Assembly (NCBI GenBank): GCA_964419155.1
Contig: CAYQOK010000001.1
Span: 3,623 to 67,622, forward strand
Origin: Candidatus Woesearchaeota archaeon
Lineage (GTDB): Archaea; Nanobdellota; Nanobdellia; Pacearchaeales; GW2011-AR1
Direction of reading: 5' to 3'
Length of the DNA stretch: 64,000 nucleotides
Made by a program: the position numbers and the translations under genes. Within the stretch, counting starts at the first letter, position 1. Each line of letters starts with the position of its first letter. Below the pieces are notes generated by a model. That model was given only the letters and a program-made list of their open reading frames with translations, had not been told where the DNA came from and searched no databases. Positions 40,346 through 50,660 of this stretch are shown here, piece after piece.

Positions 40346-40786
40346 ATGAATTTGAAAAAAAGGAAAAAATCAGATAGAAGACATGGAAAAACTACTTCAG
40401 GTCATGGTGCTAGAAAAAAAGCAAAAGGAAGTGGAAATAGGGGCGGATTTGGTATGGCTGGTAGTGGAAAAAGAGCAGATCATAAAAAAAGTTTAATAAT
40501 CAAACTTTATGGAACTAAATATTTTGGTAAACAAGGAATTGTTGGAAAAAGTTCAGAAAGAAAAAAGAGAAAGGAAGTTAATATAAGAGATTTAGAAAAC
40601 TTCAAAGTAAATGAAAAAGGAATTATAGATATTTCAAATTATAAATTAATTGGAAATGGGAATATTAATAAGAAAGTAAAAGTTATTGTTAAAGAAGCTA
40701 CTAAATCAGCAATTGAAAAAGTTGAGGGTGTTGGTGGAAAAGTCATTTTAAAAAAAGAGTTAGAAGAAAAAAATGTCACTAACTAA
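40346..40786 (+). CDS. rpl15: Ribosomal protein L15
   Basis: 'RRHGKTTSGHGARKKAKGSGNRGGFG'. Confidence 0.85.
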   Translation: MNLKKRKKSDRRHGKTTSGHGARKKAKGSGNRGGFGMAGSGKRADHKKSLIIKLYGTKYFGKQGIVGKSSERKKRKEVNIRDLENFKVNEKGIIDISNYKLIGNGNINKKVKVIVKEATKSAIEKVEGVGGKVILKKELEEKNVTN

Positions 40787-42161
40787 TATCATCCATAACC
40801 TTCCTGAAGTAAAGGGTCCGACTGAAAAAAGATTAAGTTTTAATGTTAAGCTTAAGTGGACCTTAATTGTTTTAATTTCATTTTTTGTTTTAGCAAATAT
40901 TAGTATCTATGGCGGAACCCCTGAAGGATTAAAGAGATTTGAATATCTTGCAGTTATCCTTGGAACTGATTTTGGATCAATAATCTCTCTTGGAATTGGT
41001 CCAATTGTTATGTCTTCTATAATACTTCAGTTATTAGTTGGTGCAGGAATATTAAATATTGATACTTCAACAAAAGAAGGAAAAAGGTTTTTTCAAGCAA
41101 TTCAAAAATTAGGGGTATTTTTCTTTATAATTTTTGAAGCTATTGTTTATGTTCTAATGGGAGGTATTGAAGCATTACCTGGTTTTGAATTAATTGTTAT
41201 AACACAATTGATTCTTGGAGGAATCTTAATATTATTTATGGATGAGGTTTGTCAAAAGTGGGGATTTGGATCTGGAGTTAGTTTGTTTATTATGGCTGGT
41301 GTAGGGTGGAGATTATTTACTGGATTATTTGGATTTATTGGTCCCGAGGGTTCAATACAAGCAATTGGAAGTGTTCTTGTTTTAATTCAAGGTCTGGCAT
41401 TAGGTGATGCAAGCGGTATGCAGACTGCACTTGGTGCTGGAATAACAATTTTATCTACTGCAATAATTTTTCTTATTGTTGTTTGGGCTCAATCCCTTAA
41501 AATAGAAATACCTCTTTCTTATGATAGGGTAAGGGGTTATGGTGTTAAATGGCCTCTTTCATTTTTTTATGCAAGTGTTATTCCAGTGATCTTAACTGGA
41601 GCATTAGTTGCAAATCTTCAGTTATTTGGTGGATTAATTCAAGATAAAGTTGGACATCCTACAATTTTGGGAAATTTTGTAAATGGTCAAGCAGTTTGTC
41701 AAAGTGATGGTTGTGGACTTGCTTTTTGGTTATCTTCAACTCAATTAGTAAATCTTATTGTAACTTCCAGTCAAATAAAAATTATTTATTTATGGCAAAC
41801 AATTACACATATTCTATTTTATGTATTTTTCTCTGTTTTATTTTCATTGTTTTGGATAAAAACAAGCGGAACTGATGCTCAGGGGCAAGCAAAAAATATT
41901 ATATCTTCAGGATTACAGTTACCTGGATTTAGAAAAGATCCAAGAATTTTAGAAGCTGTTTTAAATAGATATATTATACCCCTAACTGTGATGGGCGGTA
42001 TGGCCATTGGATTACTTGCAGCAGTATCTAATGTTCTTGGTGCGATTACTGGGGGAACATCTATATTATTGGGAATAATGATTACATTTCAATTTTATCA
42101 AAACATATCACAACAACATGCAATGGATATGCATCCTGTATTAAAGAAGTTTATGAGTTAA
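40773..42161 (+). CDS. secY: Preprotein translocase subunit SecY
   Basis: 10 TM helices, 'GIGPIVMSSIILQLL', position after L15. Confidence 0.95.
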   Translation: MSLTNIIHNLPEVKGPTEKRLSFNVKLKWTLIVLISFFVLANISIYGGTPEGLKRFEYLAVILGTDFGSIISLGIGPIVMSSIILQLLVGAGILNIDTSTKEGKRFFQAIQKLGVFFFIIFEAIVYVLMGGIEALPGFELIVITQLILGGILILFMDEVCQKWGFGSGVSLFIMAGVGWRLFTGLFGFIGPEGSIQAIGSVLVLIQGLALGDASGMQTALGAGITILSTAIIFLIVVWAQSLKIEIPLSYDRVRGYGVKWPLSFFYASVIPVILTGALVANLQLFGGLIQDKVGHPTILGNFVNGQAVCQSDGCGLAFWLSSTQLVNLIVTSSQIKIIYLWQTITHILFYVFFSVLFSLFWIKTSGTDAQGQAKNIISSGLQLPGFRKDPRILEAVLNRYIIPLTVMGGMAIGLLAAVSNVLGAITGGTSILLGIMITFQFYQNISQQHAMDMHPVLKKFMS

Positions 42162-42173
42162 TGAGGTTAATAA

Positions 42174-42689
42174 ATGAATAAAAAAGAGATTTGGATTTTA
42201 ATTATTATAATGAGCATTTCTTTGTATATTGCTCAGAATTGGGATAGTTTACCTGTTATTAAAGATAATGTTGAAAAAGTATTAAATCCTAGTTTAGGAT
42301 ATCTTCTTGAAAAAAATATTTATATTGGATTTATAATCATAATTGGAATAATATCTTTTTTATTAACTCTTTCTCAGAAATATTTCTCAGACCAAAAAGC
42401 ATTAAAAGAACTAAAAGAAGAACAAAAAATACTTCAAGAAGAAATGAAAAAATATAGGGATCATCCAGAAAAACTTATTGAACTTCAAAAAAAACAACTT
42501 GAGTTTCTTCCAAAAACAATGAATCTTACATTAAAACCAATGATGGTGACTTCAATACCTATAATACTTTTATTTAGATGGTTTTCTTCATACCTTCTTC
42601 CTGTTTTTGGAAATTGGTGGATATTTTTTTATTTAATAGGGAGTATGATTTTTTCAAGTATTTTCAGAAAATGGTTAAATGTAGTTTAA
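42174..42689 (+). CDS. DUF106 / archaeal Oxa1-YidC-like membrane protein
   Basis: TM1, then a coiled-coil hairpin 'KALKELKEEQKILQEEMKKYRDHPEKLIELQKKQ', then TM2 and TM3. Canonical position after secY. Confidence 0.55.
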   Translation: MNKKEIWILIIIMSISLYIAQNWDSLPVIKDNVEKVLNPSLGYLLEKNIYIGFIIIIGIISFLLTLSQKYFSDQKALKELKEEQKILQEEMKKYRDHPEKLIELQKKQLEFLPKTMNLTLKPMMVTSIPIILLFRWFSSYLLPVFGNWWIFFYLIGSMIFSSIFRKWLNVV

Positions 42690-42728
42690 AAATAATAAGT
42701 TTTTAAATGCAAGGTTCTAATTAAAATA

Positions 42729-43112
42729 ATGGTAAAATATAATCAAGAAGAAATGATAGAACTTCAGATGATTCAACAGGAAGCAGAGCATATTGAAGAA
42801 CGAATTCAGGTAATAAATCAACAGATTCAAGAATTAATAGAAGTTAAAAGATCTTTAAATGAAATTAATTTGAAAAATACTCCTGTTAAAAATCTTTTTA
42901 ATATAGGGAAGGGAATTTTTATTGAATCAGAAACAGTTTCAAAACAAGTTTTTGTTAACATTGGTGCAGGAGTTATTGTTAAAAGAGATATTATGGAAGC
43001 AATCTTAATTATAGATAATCAAATTAAAAAATTAAATCAAGGAAAAGATTATTTTTTTCAAAAAATACTTGAAATACAAGAAGAGGCTGAAAAAATATTA
43101 AAAGATAAATAG
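42729..43112 (+). CDS. pfdA: Prefoldin alpha-like subunit
   Basis: Coiled coil, then beta-hairpin 'IGKGIFIESETVSKQVFVNIGAGVIVKRDIMEAI', then coiled coil. Confidence 0.55.
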   Translation: MVKYNQEEMIELQMIQQEAEHIEERIQVINQQIQELIEVKRSLNEINLKNTPVKNLFNIGKGIFIESETVSKQVFVNIGAGVIVKRDIMEAILIIDNQIKKLNQGKDYFFQKILEIQEEAEKILKDK

Positions 43113-43113
43113 A

Positions 43114-43512
43114 TTATTTAATAATCTTCCAATTTTTTATTTTAACTTCAATGCTTTGTGAATCTTCTCTTGTTAAGTGAACATTAAAGCAACCTGAACA
43201 ATCTCCTAGTTCTATATTCACAATTGTTAATCCTTTTGAAGATCCAATATGTTCAACAGACATTTTTGCTGCAATAGACTTATTAAATGGTTTTAATTCC
43301 CAGTTTCTTACACAAGCACCAACTGACTCATTCCAAGAATATCCTGCACTACTAATACAAAGATTTTCATCTTTTCCATTAATATCTGATTCATTATCTC
43401 GATAAACAAATAAAATTATTAAAAAAAGTAGAATGGTGATAATAATTATCCAGATATAAGAAGAATTTTCTTTTTTAAGTTTTAAGTCATTAGATTCTGT
43501 TTGATTTAACAA
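43114..43512 (-). CDS. Hypothetical small secreted/anchored Cys-containing protein
   Basis: N-terminal TM 'IWIIIITILLFLIILFV', 4 Cys, no motif. Confidence 0.3.
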   Translation of the reverse strand: MLNQTESNDLKLKKENSSYIWIIIITILLFLIILFVYRDNESDINGKDENLCISSAGYSWNESVGACVRNWELKPFNKSIAAKMSVEHIGSSKGLTIVNIELGDCSGCFNVHLTREDSQSIEVKIKNWKIIK

Positions 43513-44350
43513 TTTTCTGTTTTTCTACTATTTTAATAAACTTATTAAATTCTAAAGTCCCTAAATCTGAAATAATTCCAGAGATATTTTTAGGTTCTAT
43601 TTTTTCAAATGCAGGATTTAAAATATTATGTTTATTTTTTAATTTAATTTTCCATGCTTCAAAATAACTCCTTTTCTCAATTTCTATTTTTTTAGTAAAC
43701 TTCCAAGAATCTGCTAAAATATAGACTGGAATTTTAAGATGTTTTGCCATATTTGCAAACAAATCTGACCCTACTTTGTTTACAATAAAATTAGGTGTTA
43801 TTGCATCTGCTCCAAAAAGGACAATATCTACTTTTTTTGTTCCCTGTTTTTTATTTAATGCAATTCCTGCTGCAGAATCAATGAATGTTGTGACTTTTAT
43901 TTTTGAGTCTCTAAGTTTTTTTGCTGTTTTTCTTCCCTGAAATAATGGCCTTGTTTCAGTATGATAAACTTCAAAATTAATCCCTTTTTGTTTACAGTAT
44001 ATTAAGGCATTAACAACAGATGATGAATGACAATGAGTAAAAATAACTTTTTTATTTTTAATTATCTTAAATAACTCTTTGTTTATCTTTTCTTGAGTCT
44101 TTTTTAAATGTTCTTCAAATTCATTTAATTTCAGATTATTTTTTTCAGCGAAATTAATTGCATTTTTTAAAAGTGGTTCTGTTTTTCTTAATGATAGTAA
44201 TTTTTTCTTAGATTTTTTAGAAGGCAATAAAAGATATGCAGTTAAACCTTGTCTTGCAATATTAGTAGCTCCTTGTATCTTAATGGATTTGATATCTCTA
44301 CAGATTTTTTTAAATTTTGATTTTTTTATTTTATCTTCTTTATTTAGCAT
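43490..44350 (-). CDS. eIF-2B alpha/beta/delta family protein; candidate ribose-1,5-bisphosphate isomerase
   Basis: 'THCHSSSVVNALIYCKQKGINFEVYHTETRP' and 'VLFGADAITPNFIVNKVGS' match e2b2/MtnA-like blocks. AMP phosphorylase lies upstream in the same window. Confidence 0.65.
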   Translation of the reverse strand: MLNKEDKIKKSKFKKICRDIKSIKIQGATNIARQGLTAYLLLPSKKSKKKLLSLRKTEPLLKNAINFAEKNNLKLNEFEEHLKKTQEKINKELFKIIKNKKVIFTHCHSSSVVNALIYCKQKGINFEVYHTETRPLFQGRKTAKKLRDSKIKVTTFIDSAAGIALNKKQGTKKVDIVLFGADAITPNFIVNKVGSDLFANMAKHLKIPVYILADSWKFTKKIEIEKRSYFEAWKIKLKNKHNILNPAFEKIEPKNISGIISDLGTLEFNKFIKIVEKQKIVKSNRI

Positions 44351-44489
44351 AGTTCACCTCTTTTAAAATAAATATTAAGTTATTTATAAGTTTATAGGAT
44401 TAGTGTATATATAAAAATAAATTATTGAGACATATAGGTTTAAAAATGATAAGAGCCACATAAACTTATTAAAAAAAGAGAAAGATAAA

Positions 44490-45350
44490 ATGTTAGAGAT
44501 GTTTATAAATCCAAAAAGAGCTCAAAGAAGGCCTTGGGAAATGTTTTTTATAGGGCTTATTTATGCAACATTATCAATTTTTATTGCAAACTGGATTTTT
44601 ATGGGAGATCCGGTTCTTAACAAACATATGGGTATCTGGATTGTGACTTTTTGTGTAATGTTCTCTGTTCCATTTGTTTATTACACTTTAAAAATGGAAG
44701 AAGAAAAAGATATATTATATAGTGGGGGACTAAGATTATTAAGAGAACATAGTAAAGCTATTTTTGTTTTAATGTGGTTGTTTATTGGATTTATAATTGC
44801 TTTTTCATTTTGGTATATTGTTCTTCCAACAGGACCTCATAATTTCTATACCCAAATAGAGGTTTTTTGTCAGATAAATAATCCTTCAGATATTCAAGGT
44901 TGTGTGGATCAATTCTTAGAAAAACAAAGTAATGTAGTTACAGGGGCTGTAACTGCAGGAGATAGAATGGTGGCTATTTTTGTTAATAATATCTATGTTT
45001 TAGTGTTTACATTAATATTTTCTATAATATTTGGTGCTGGTGCTGTATTTGTTTTAGCATGGAATGCAAGTGTTATTTCAGCTGCAATTGGTTTATTTTC
45101 AGAATCGAGTATACATAGGCTTCCAACTGGATTTTTTAGATATATGATTCATGGTTTTCCAGAAATAAGTGCTTATTTTGTTGGTGCATTAGCAGGAGGA
45201 ATTTTAAGTGTTGCTGTTATAAAACATGATATACATAATGAAAGATTTTGGGCAATTTTACAAGATTCTCTTAATTTAATATTAATTGCTATTGGAATTT
45301 TGTTTTTTTCTGCATTAATTGAGGTTTTTATAACACCTGCATTATTTTAA
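44490..45350 (+). CDS. SpoIIM/DUF95-like polytopic membrane protein
   Basis: 6 TM helices. 'MIHGFPEISAYFVGALAGGIL' resembles the PHGifElpA block of DUF95. Confidence 0.4.
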   Translation: MLEMFINPKRAQRRPWEMFFIGLIYATLSIFIANWIFMGDPVLNKHMGIWIVTFCVMFSVPFVYYTLKMEEEKDILYSGGLRLLREHSKAIFVLMWLFIGFIIAFSFWYIVLPTGPHNFYTQIEVFCQINNPSDIQGCVDQFLEKQSNVVTGAVTAGDRMVAIFVNNIYVLVFTLIFSIIFGAGAVFVLAWNASVISAAIGLFSESSIHRLPTGFFRYMIHGFPEISAYFVGALAGGILSVAVIKHDIHNERFWAILQDSLNLILIAIGILFFSALIEVFITPALF

Positions 45351-45397
45351 GAAATGAAAAACTTAAAAACCTTGTTTTAATTTAATATAAATAAAAA

Positions 45398-45550
45398 ATG
45401 ACTAAATTTATATGTACAAGTTGTAATTTTAGGTTTGAATCAGAAAAAATGATATGTTGTCCTTATTGTAATAGCAATAATATTGAAAGAGATAAAAATG
45501 CTAAAGAAATAATAGATGAAGTTACAAAAATTCTTGAGGAAAAGGATTAA
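45398..45550 (+). CDS. Small zinc-ribbon protein (not in ORF track)
   Basis: Hand translation gives MTKFICTSCNFRFESEKMICCPYCNSNNIERDKNAKEIIDEVTKILEEKD. It has a CxxC...CxxC pair. Confidence 0.35.
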   Translation: MTKFICTSCNFRFESEKMICCPYCNSNNIERDKNAKEIIDEVTKILEEKD

Positions 45551-45603
45551 ATATGGATAAATGATTTAAGTTTTTAAATAATACTAAATTATAATAAATA
45601 ATA

Positions 45604-48360
45604 ATGGAAGAAGAAAAAATAATTGAACAAAGAAGAAAAAATTTTATTAGTTCATTAAAGAAAAATACTTTTTTAATAACAATTATATTTTTATTAATTG
45701 CCCTAGTTCTCGGAGTTTATATTAGGAGTCTTCCTATGAAGAGTCATGGAGATAATCCTGGTTTGTGGGATATTTCCACTGATTCGTGGACCTTGGGCCC
45801 TGATTTAGATCCTTTTTTGTTTCTAAGATATGCAGAGTTAATTGTAGAACAAGGAAAAATTCCTGAGATAGATACTCTAAGATATGTTCCATTGGGATTT
45901 GAAACTTCAAGAGAAACACAGTTATTACCTTATCTTATTGCATACACTTATAAGTTTTTAAATTTGTTTATGAATCCAACTATTGCTTTTGCAGGAGTTA
46001 TTCTTCCTGTAATTATGTTTGGATTAACTGTGATTGCTTTCTTTTTATTTGTAAGAGAGTTATTTATTGATTTTGAGTTTTTTGAAAAATCAAGGAGGAA
46101 AATAATTGCAAATTCTATTTCACTAATATCTACTTTCTTAATGATTGTTGCACCATCATTTTTATCAAGAACAATTGCTGGAATTCCTGAAAAAGAATCT
46201 GTTAGTTTCTTTTTTATGTTTCTCTGTTTTTATTTATTTTTAAAAGCATGGAAATCTGAAAATAAGAAAAGATTAGTTATTTTTAGTGTTCTTGCTGGTT
46301 TATCAACTGCTGCAATGGGTCTTGTATGGGGTGGTGTTATTTATGTTTTTGTTACAATTTCAGTTTCTTTTTTAATAGGTTTTATATTAAATAAAACAAA
46401 AGAAAAAGAAATATTAGTATATGGAATTTGGTTTTTGGTTTCATTAGCAGGAATATTCTTTTTTACAGATAAATTTTCTTTAAAAGAATTTATTTCATCA
46501 CTTGATACTGGTTTAGCTTTTGTAGTATTTTTTATTTCAATAGTTCATATTATAGTATTAAAAACAAGATTATTAGAAAAAGAAAGTGTTAAGAAAAAAT
46601 TAAAACATCACATGCCTGAAAATTTTGTTTCTTTGGGTATTGCAATATTAATAGGTATTTTAGGTGTTTTGATTTTTTTTGGTCCTGGATTTTTTATTGA
46701 AAAAATAAGTGATTTAAATAGAATTTTATTTAAACCTGTTGAAGGAAGGTGGAATATTACTGTTGCGGAAAACAGACAACCTTATTTTACAGAATGGGTA
46801 GCAAATTTTGGCCCTAATATTAGAAACATTCCATTAATGTTCTGGTTGTTTTTTATTGGATCTGTAGTACTGTTTAATGATACTATTAAAAAATTAGATA
46901 AGAAAGATAAGGCTATATTGATAATACTCTATATATTATTCTTTTTTGGTTTAGTTTTTTCAAGATATTCTGAAGCAAGTTTATTAAATGGGGAAAATCT
47001 CATTAGTAAATTGTTTTATTATGGGACCTCTATATTATTTGGGGTATACTTAGCTTATTCTTATTTTAAATATTCAAAAAAGCAAGAAAATCCATTTGAA
47101 AAAATAAATTATGAAATAATCTTTTTATTTGTTTTATTTGTTTTAACTCTTTTTACAGCAAGGAGTGCTATAAGGCTTATTATGGTTCTTGGGCCAATAT
47201 CTCCTATATTTCCAAGTTATTTAATAGTTTCAAGCATATTTAAACTAAAAAACATTAAAGATGAAACAACAAGAGCTGTTGGATTATTTATTGTTGTTGT
47301 GTTATTATTTTTAATAGCATATATGTTTTTTGTTAATTTTCAAATTATTAAAGCTCAAGCCTCTGTATTTATTCCATCCTCTTATACAAATCAATGGCAA
47401 TTAGCAATGGAATGGGTTAGAGAAAATACTCAAGAAGATGATGTTTTTGCACATTGGTGGGATTATGGATACTGGATTCAATCAATGGCAAAAAGACCAA
47501 CAGTCACGGATGGGGGCAATGCAATAAGCTATTGGAATTATTTAGTTGGAAGATATGTTTTAACCGGAGATAATCAAAAACAAGCACTTGAATTTTTGCA
47601 TACCCATAATGCAGATTATATTTTAATAGATTCTAGTGATATTGGAAAATATACTGCTTTTTCAAGTATTGGAAGCAATAAAGACTATGATAGATTTTCT
47701 TGGGTTCCTATAATGGTATCTTCAAAACAAAAAAATATAGAGACCAGAAATGGAACTACAAGAATATATGAGGGCGGTTCTATTATTGATGAAGATATTT
47801 TATATGGTGAAAATGAAACTAAGATATTTTTACCGCAAGAAAGTTCTGCTATTATTGGGGTCATTATAGAGGTAGAAGAAAATAATGAAAGTATCAAACT
47901 TAAACAACCAAATGGAGTTTATTATTCTAATGGTAAGCAAGAAATTATCCCTTTAAGATATATTTACTATAATAATCAAATTTTTGATTTTAAAAAAGGA
48001 TTAAATGCAACTGCATTTGTTATCCAATTAGCTCAAAGTAATGGAAATCAATTGTTTTTAGATAATCAGGGTGCATTAATGTATTTATCTCCTAGGATGA
48101 TGAAAGGATTATTTGCTCAGTTATATTTACTAAATGATCCTTTTGATAACTTTGATGCATTTAAGTTAGTACATTCAGAAGATAGTATTTTAATTAATTC
48201 AGTAAATAAGCAAGGTGCTGATTTAAATGAATTTGTTTATTATGGTGGTGGTATTCAGGGGCCAATAAAAATATGGGAAGTTAATTATAAAGGTGATGAA
48301 GTAGTAAATCCTGATTGGCTTTTAACAACACAACCTAATTATATTGATTGGAAATTTTAA
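45604..48360 (+). CDS. aglB: Oligosaccharyltransferase AglB/STT3
   Basis: 'HWWDYGYWIQ' (WWDYG motif). 13 N-terminal TM helices plus a soluble C-terminal domain. Confidence 0.9.
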   Translation: MEEEKIIEQRRKNFISSLKKNTFLITIIFLLIALVLGVYIRSLPMKSHGDNPGLWDISTDSWTLGPDLDPFLFLRYAELIVEQGKIPEIDTLRYVPLGFETSRETQLLPYLIAYTYKFLNLFMNPTIAFAGVILPVIMFGLTVIAFFLFVRELFIDFEFFEKSRRKIIANSISLISTFLMIVAPSFLSRTIAGIPEKESVSFFFMFLCFYLFLKAWKSENKKRLVIFSVLAGLSTAAMGLVWGGVIYVFVTISVSFLIGFILNKTKEKEILVYGIWFLVSLAGIFFFTDKFSLKEFISSLDTGLAFVVFFISIVHIIVLKTRLLEKESVKKKLKHHMPENFVSLGIAILIGILGVLIFFGPGFFIEKISDLNRILFKPVEGRWNITVAENRQPYFTEWVANFGPNIRNIPLMFWLFFIGSVVLFNDTIKKLDKKDKAILIILYILFFFGLVFSRYSEASLLNGENLISKLFYYGTSILFGVYLAYSYFKYSKKQENPFEKINYEIIFLFVLFVLTLFTARSAIRLIMVLGPISPIFPSYLIVSSIFKLKNIKDETTRAVGLFIVVVLLFLIAYMFFVNFQIIKAQASVFIPSSYTNQWQLAMEWVRENTQEDDVFAHWWDYGYWIQSMAKRPTVTDGGNAISYWNYLVGRYVLTGDNQKQALEFLHTHNADYILIDSSDIGKYTAFSSIGSNKDYDRFSWVPIMVSSKQKNIETRNGTTRIYEGGSIIDEDILYGENETKIFLPQESSAIIGVIIEVEENNESIKLKQPNGVYYSNGKQEIIPLRYIYYNNQIFDFKKGLNATAFVIQLAQSNGNQLFLDNQGALMYLSPRMMKGLFAQLYLLNDPFDNFDAFKLVHSEDSILINSVNKQGADLNEFVYYGGGIQGPIKIWEVNYKGDEVVNPDWLLTTQPNYIDWKF

Positions 48361-48397
48361 ATGTAAAATTTAAAAGTATTGAATTCTAAATAAATTA

Positions 48398-49426
48398 ATG
48401 GATTATAATTTGATAATTTCATTAATCATAAGTCTTTGTTTGGTTTTAATTGTAATGCCTAGATGGATTAGAAAAACAAAAGAAATAAATTTTATCTGGA
48501 AAGATATGAATAAACCACATAATAATGATTTAGAAACAAAATGGGTTTCAGGTTCAGGGGGTATTGTGGTTTGTTTTTCTTTTATTATTGGGGTCTTATC
48601 TTATATTGCAATTAGAACTTTTTTAATTCAAACTCAGGAAAATACAATTGAAATTTTTGCATTACTAACTACTATATTAATTACCTTATTAGTTGGTTTT
48701 ATTGATGATGTTTTTGGATGGGAAAGAAAAGGATTGGCTATGAGAGTTAGAATTCTTTTAGTAATGGTTGCAGCAATCCCCTTAATGGTTATAAATGCGG
48801 GAGTTTCTTTTATTAATATTCCATTAATAGGTTTAATTGATGTTGGAATCCTTTATGCTATTTTTTTAATACCCTTAGGTGTTGTTGGTGCAGCTACCAC
48901 TTATAATTTTTTAGCTGGTTTTAATGGACTTGAAGCTGGACAAGGAATTATTATTTTAAGTTTTTTATCAATGGTAGCATATTTAACAGATTCAAGTTGG
49001 TTAGCGGTTATTGGTCTTTGTATGGTTTCGAGTTTAATTGGTTTTTATTATTTTAATAAAGTTCCAGCAAAAGTATTTCCAGGAGATGTATTAACATACT
49101 CTATTGGTGCATTAATTGCAGGAATGGCAATATTAGGAAATTTTGAAAAAATAGCTGTGTTTGTATTTATTCCTTATATTTTTGAAGTAATATTTAAGGT
49201 TAGGGGTAAATTAAAAAAACATTCTTTTGGAAAAGTTTTAGAAGATGGAAGTTTAGAAATGCCTTATGATAAAATCTATGGTTTAGAACATTTTTCAATT
49301 TATTTTTTAAAGAATTTTATAAAAAAGAAGAAAGTATATGAAAAAGATGTTGTTTATTTTATTTTTTCAATACAAATATTAATTTGTATATTTGCTGTTT
49401 TTATTTTTAAAGGGGCATTAGTTTAA
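48398..49426 (+). CDS. Polyprenyl-phosphate HexNAc-1-phosphate transferase (MraY/WecA/GPT family, AglH-like)
   Basis: 'LVGFIDDVFGW', 'NFLAGFNGLEAG' and 'VFPGDVLTYSIGALIAG' correspond to the three conserved cytoplasmic-loop motifs of the family. Confidence 0.8.
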   Translation: MDYNLIISLIISLCLVLIVMPRWIRKTKEINFIWKDMNKPHNNDLETKWVSGSGGIVVCFSFIIGVLSYIAIRTFLIQTQENTIEIFALLTTILITLLVGFIDDVFGWERKGLAMRVRILLVMVAAIPLMVINAGVSFINIPLIGLIDVGILYAIFLIPLGVVGAATTYNFLAGFNGLEAGQGIIILSFLSMVAYLTDSSWLAVIGLCMVSSLIGFYYFNKVPAKVFPGDVLTYSIGALIAGMAILGNFEKIAVFVFIPYIFEVIFKVRGKLKKHSFGKVLEDGSLEMPYDKIYGLEHFSIYFLKNFIKKKKVYEKDVVYFIFSIQILICIFAVFIFKGALV

Positions 49427-49427
49427 A

Positions 49428-50660
49428 ATGAATTATATTCAAAGATTTTTAAAAAGTGATGTTGGAAAAGGGAGCCTTATTCTTTTTATTTTAATTAATA
49501 TTTATAATGTTATTAATTATTTATTTCATTTTTCAATGGCAAGGTTACTTAGTCCAGGCAATTATGCTATAATTGCTTCTATGTCTTCTCTTATCTACAT
49601 TTACACAGCTCCTGTTGAAGCTATACAAGGAATACTTTCAAATTATTCCACTCAGTTTAGTTCTGAGCTTGGAAAAATAAAAAATCTTTGGAAAAAAAGC
49701 ACAAAAAAAGGACTAATATATTCTATTAGTATCTTTATATTACTTTTTCCATTTTGTTTTTTTTTATCTAATTACCTCAATATTCCTTTTTGGGCATTAG
49801 TTTTAACAAATTTTACATTTGTTTTAATTGTTTTAGTTTCAATTAATAGGGGAATCTTACAAGGGAAAAAGCGATTTTATGGTTTGGGTATTAGTCTTAT
49901 AACAGAATCTTTAATTAAACTTGTTTTTGCTTGTGCTCTTGTTTTAATTGGTTTTAGTTATTTTGGAGCCTTAACTGGAATTTTAATTGGATTACTTCTT
50001 GGATTTGTTTTTTCATTTTATTTTTTAAAAGATATTCTAATCTCAAAAGAAGAAGAATCAAAAACACCTAATATCAAAGAGTATAGTTTTTCATTTACCG
50101 GAGCAATGATTGTAGTTGTTTTAATGTATAGTTTAGATATTTTATTAGCAAAAAGATTTTTTTCACCTGAAATTGCTGGAAAATTTGCTGTTTTATCAAT
50201 GCTTGGGAAAATGATTTTTTTTGGAACAATTCCAATTAGTAAAGCCATGTTTCCGATTTGTTCTGAAAGATATTATAAAAAACAAAAAACAAAAACAGTA
50301 TTTATTAAATCATTTTTAGGAATAGCAACATTATGTATTTTAGCAAGTACTTGTTTTTTAATTATACCTTCTCTTATAATTAAAATATTATTTGGTAATC
50401 AGTATTTAGATGTAGCAGATTCTCTTTTTTATGTTGGTATGGCTTATTCATTTCTTGCATTATCTAATAATGTTTTGTTTTATGGGCTTTCGATTAATAA
50501 ATTTAAAAAACCTTATTATTTATCAATTTTTTTAATAATGCAAATTGTTTTGTTATATTTATTTAACTCAACCATAATGCAGTTTTCATTAGCATTAATG
50601 AGCTCAAATGCAATAATGTTTTTATGTTTACTCTTATTAATATTATTTAAAAGAAAATGA
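49428..50660 (+). CDS. Wzx/AglR-like polysaccharide flippase
   Basis: 410 aa, about 12 TM helices, no soluble domains. Located between the GPT and a Dol-P-sugar synthase. Confidence 0.5.
   Translation: MNYIQRFLKSDVGKGSLILFILINIYNVINYLFHFSMARLLSPGNYAIIASMSSLIYIYTAPVEAIQGILSNYSTQFSSELGKIKNLWKKSTKKGLIYSISIFILLFPFCFFLSNYLNIPFWALVLTNFTFVLIVLVSINRGILQGKKRFYGLGISLITESLIKLVFACALVLIGFSYFGALTGILIGLLLGFVFSFYFLKDILISKEEESKTPNIKEYSFSFTGAMIVVVLMYSLDILLAKRFFSPEIAGKFAVLSMLGKMIFFGTIPISKAMFPICSERYYKKQKTKTVFIKSFLGIATLCILASTCFLIIPSLIIKILFGNQYLDVADSLFYVGMAYSFLALSNNVLFYGLSINKFKKPYYLSIFLIMQIVLLYLFNSTIMQFSLALMSSNAIMFLCLLLLILFKRK

Noticed and set aside
42729-43112. Calling the 127-aa coiled-coil protein prefoldin beta
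   Set aside because: The central 'IGKGIFIE...VNIGAGVIV' double hairpin fits the alpha subunit better than the single-hairpin beta subunit. Kept as alpha-like with moderate confidence.
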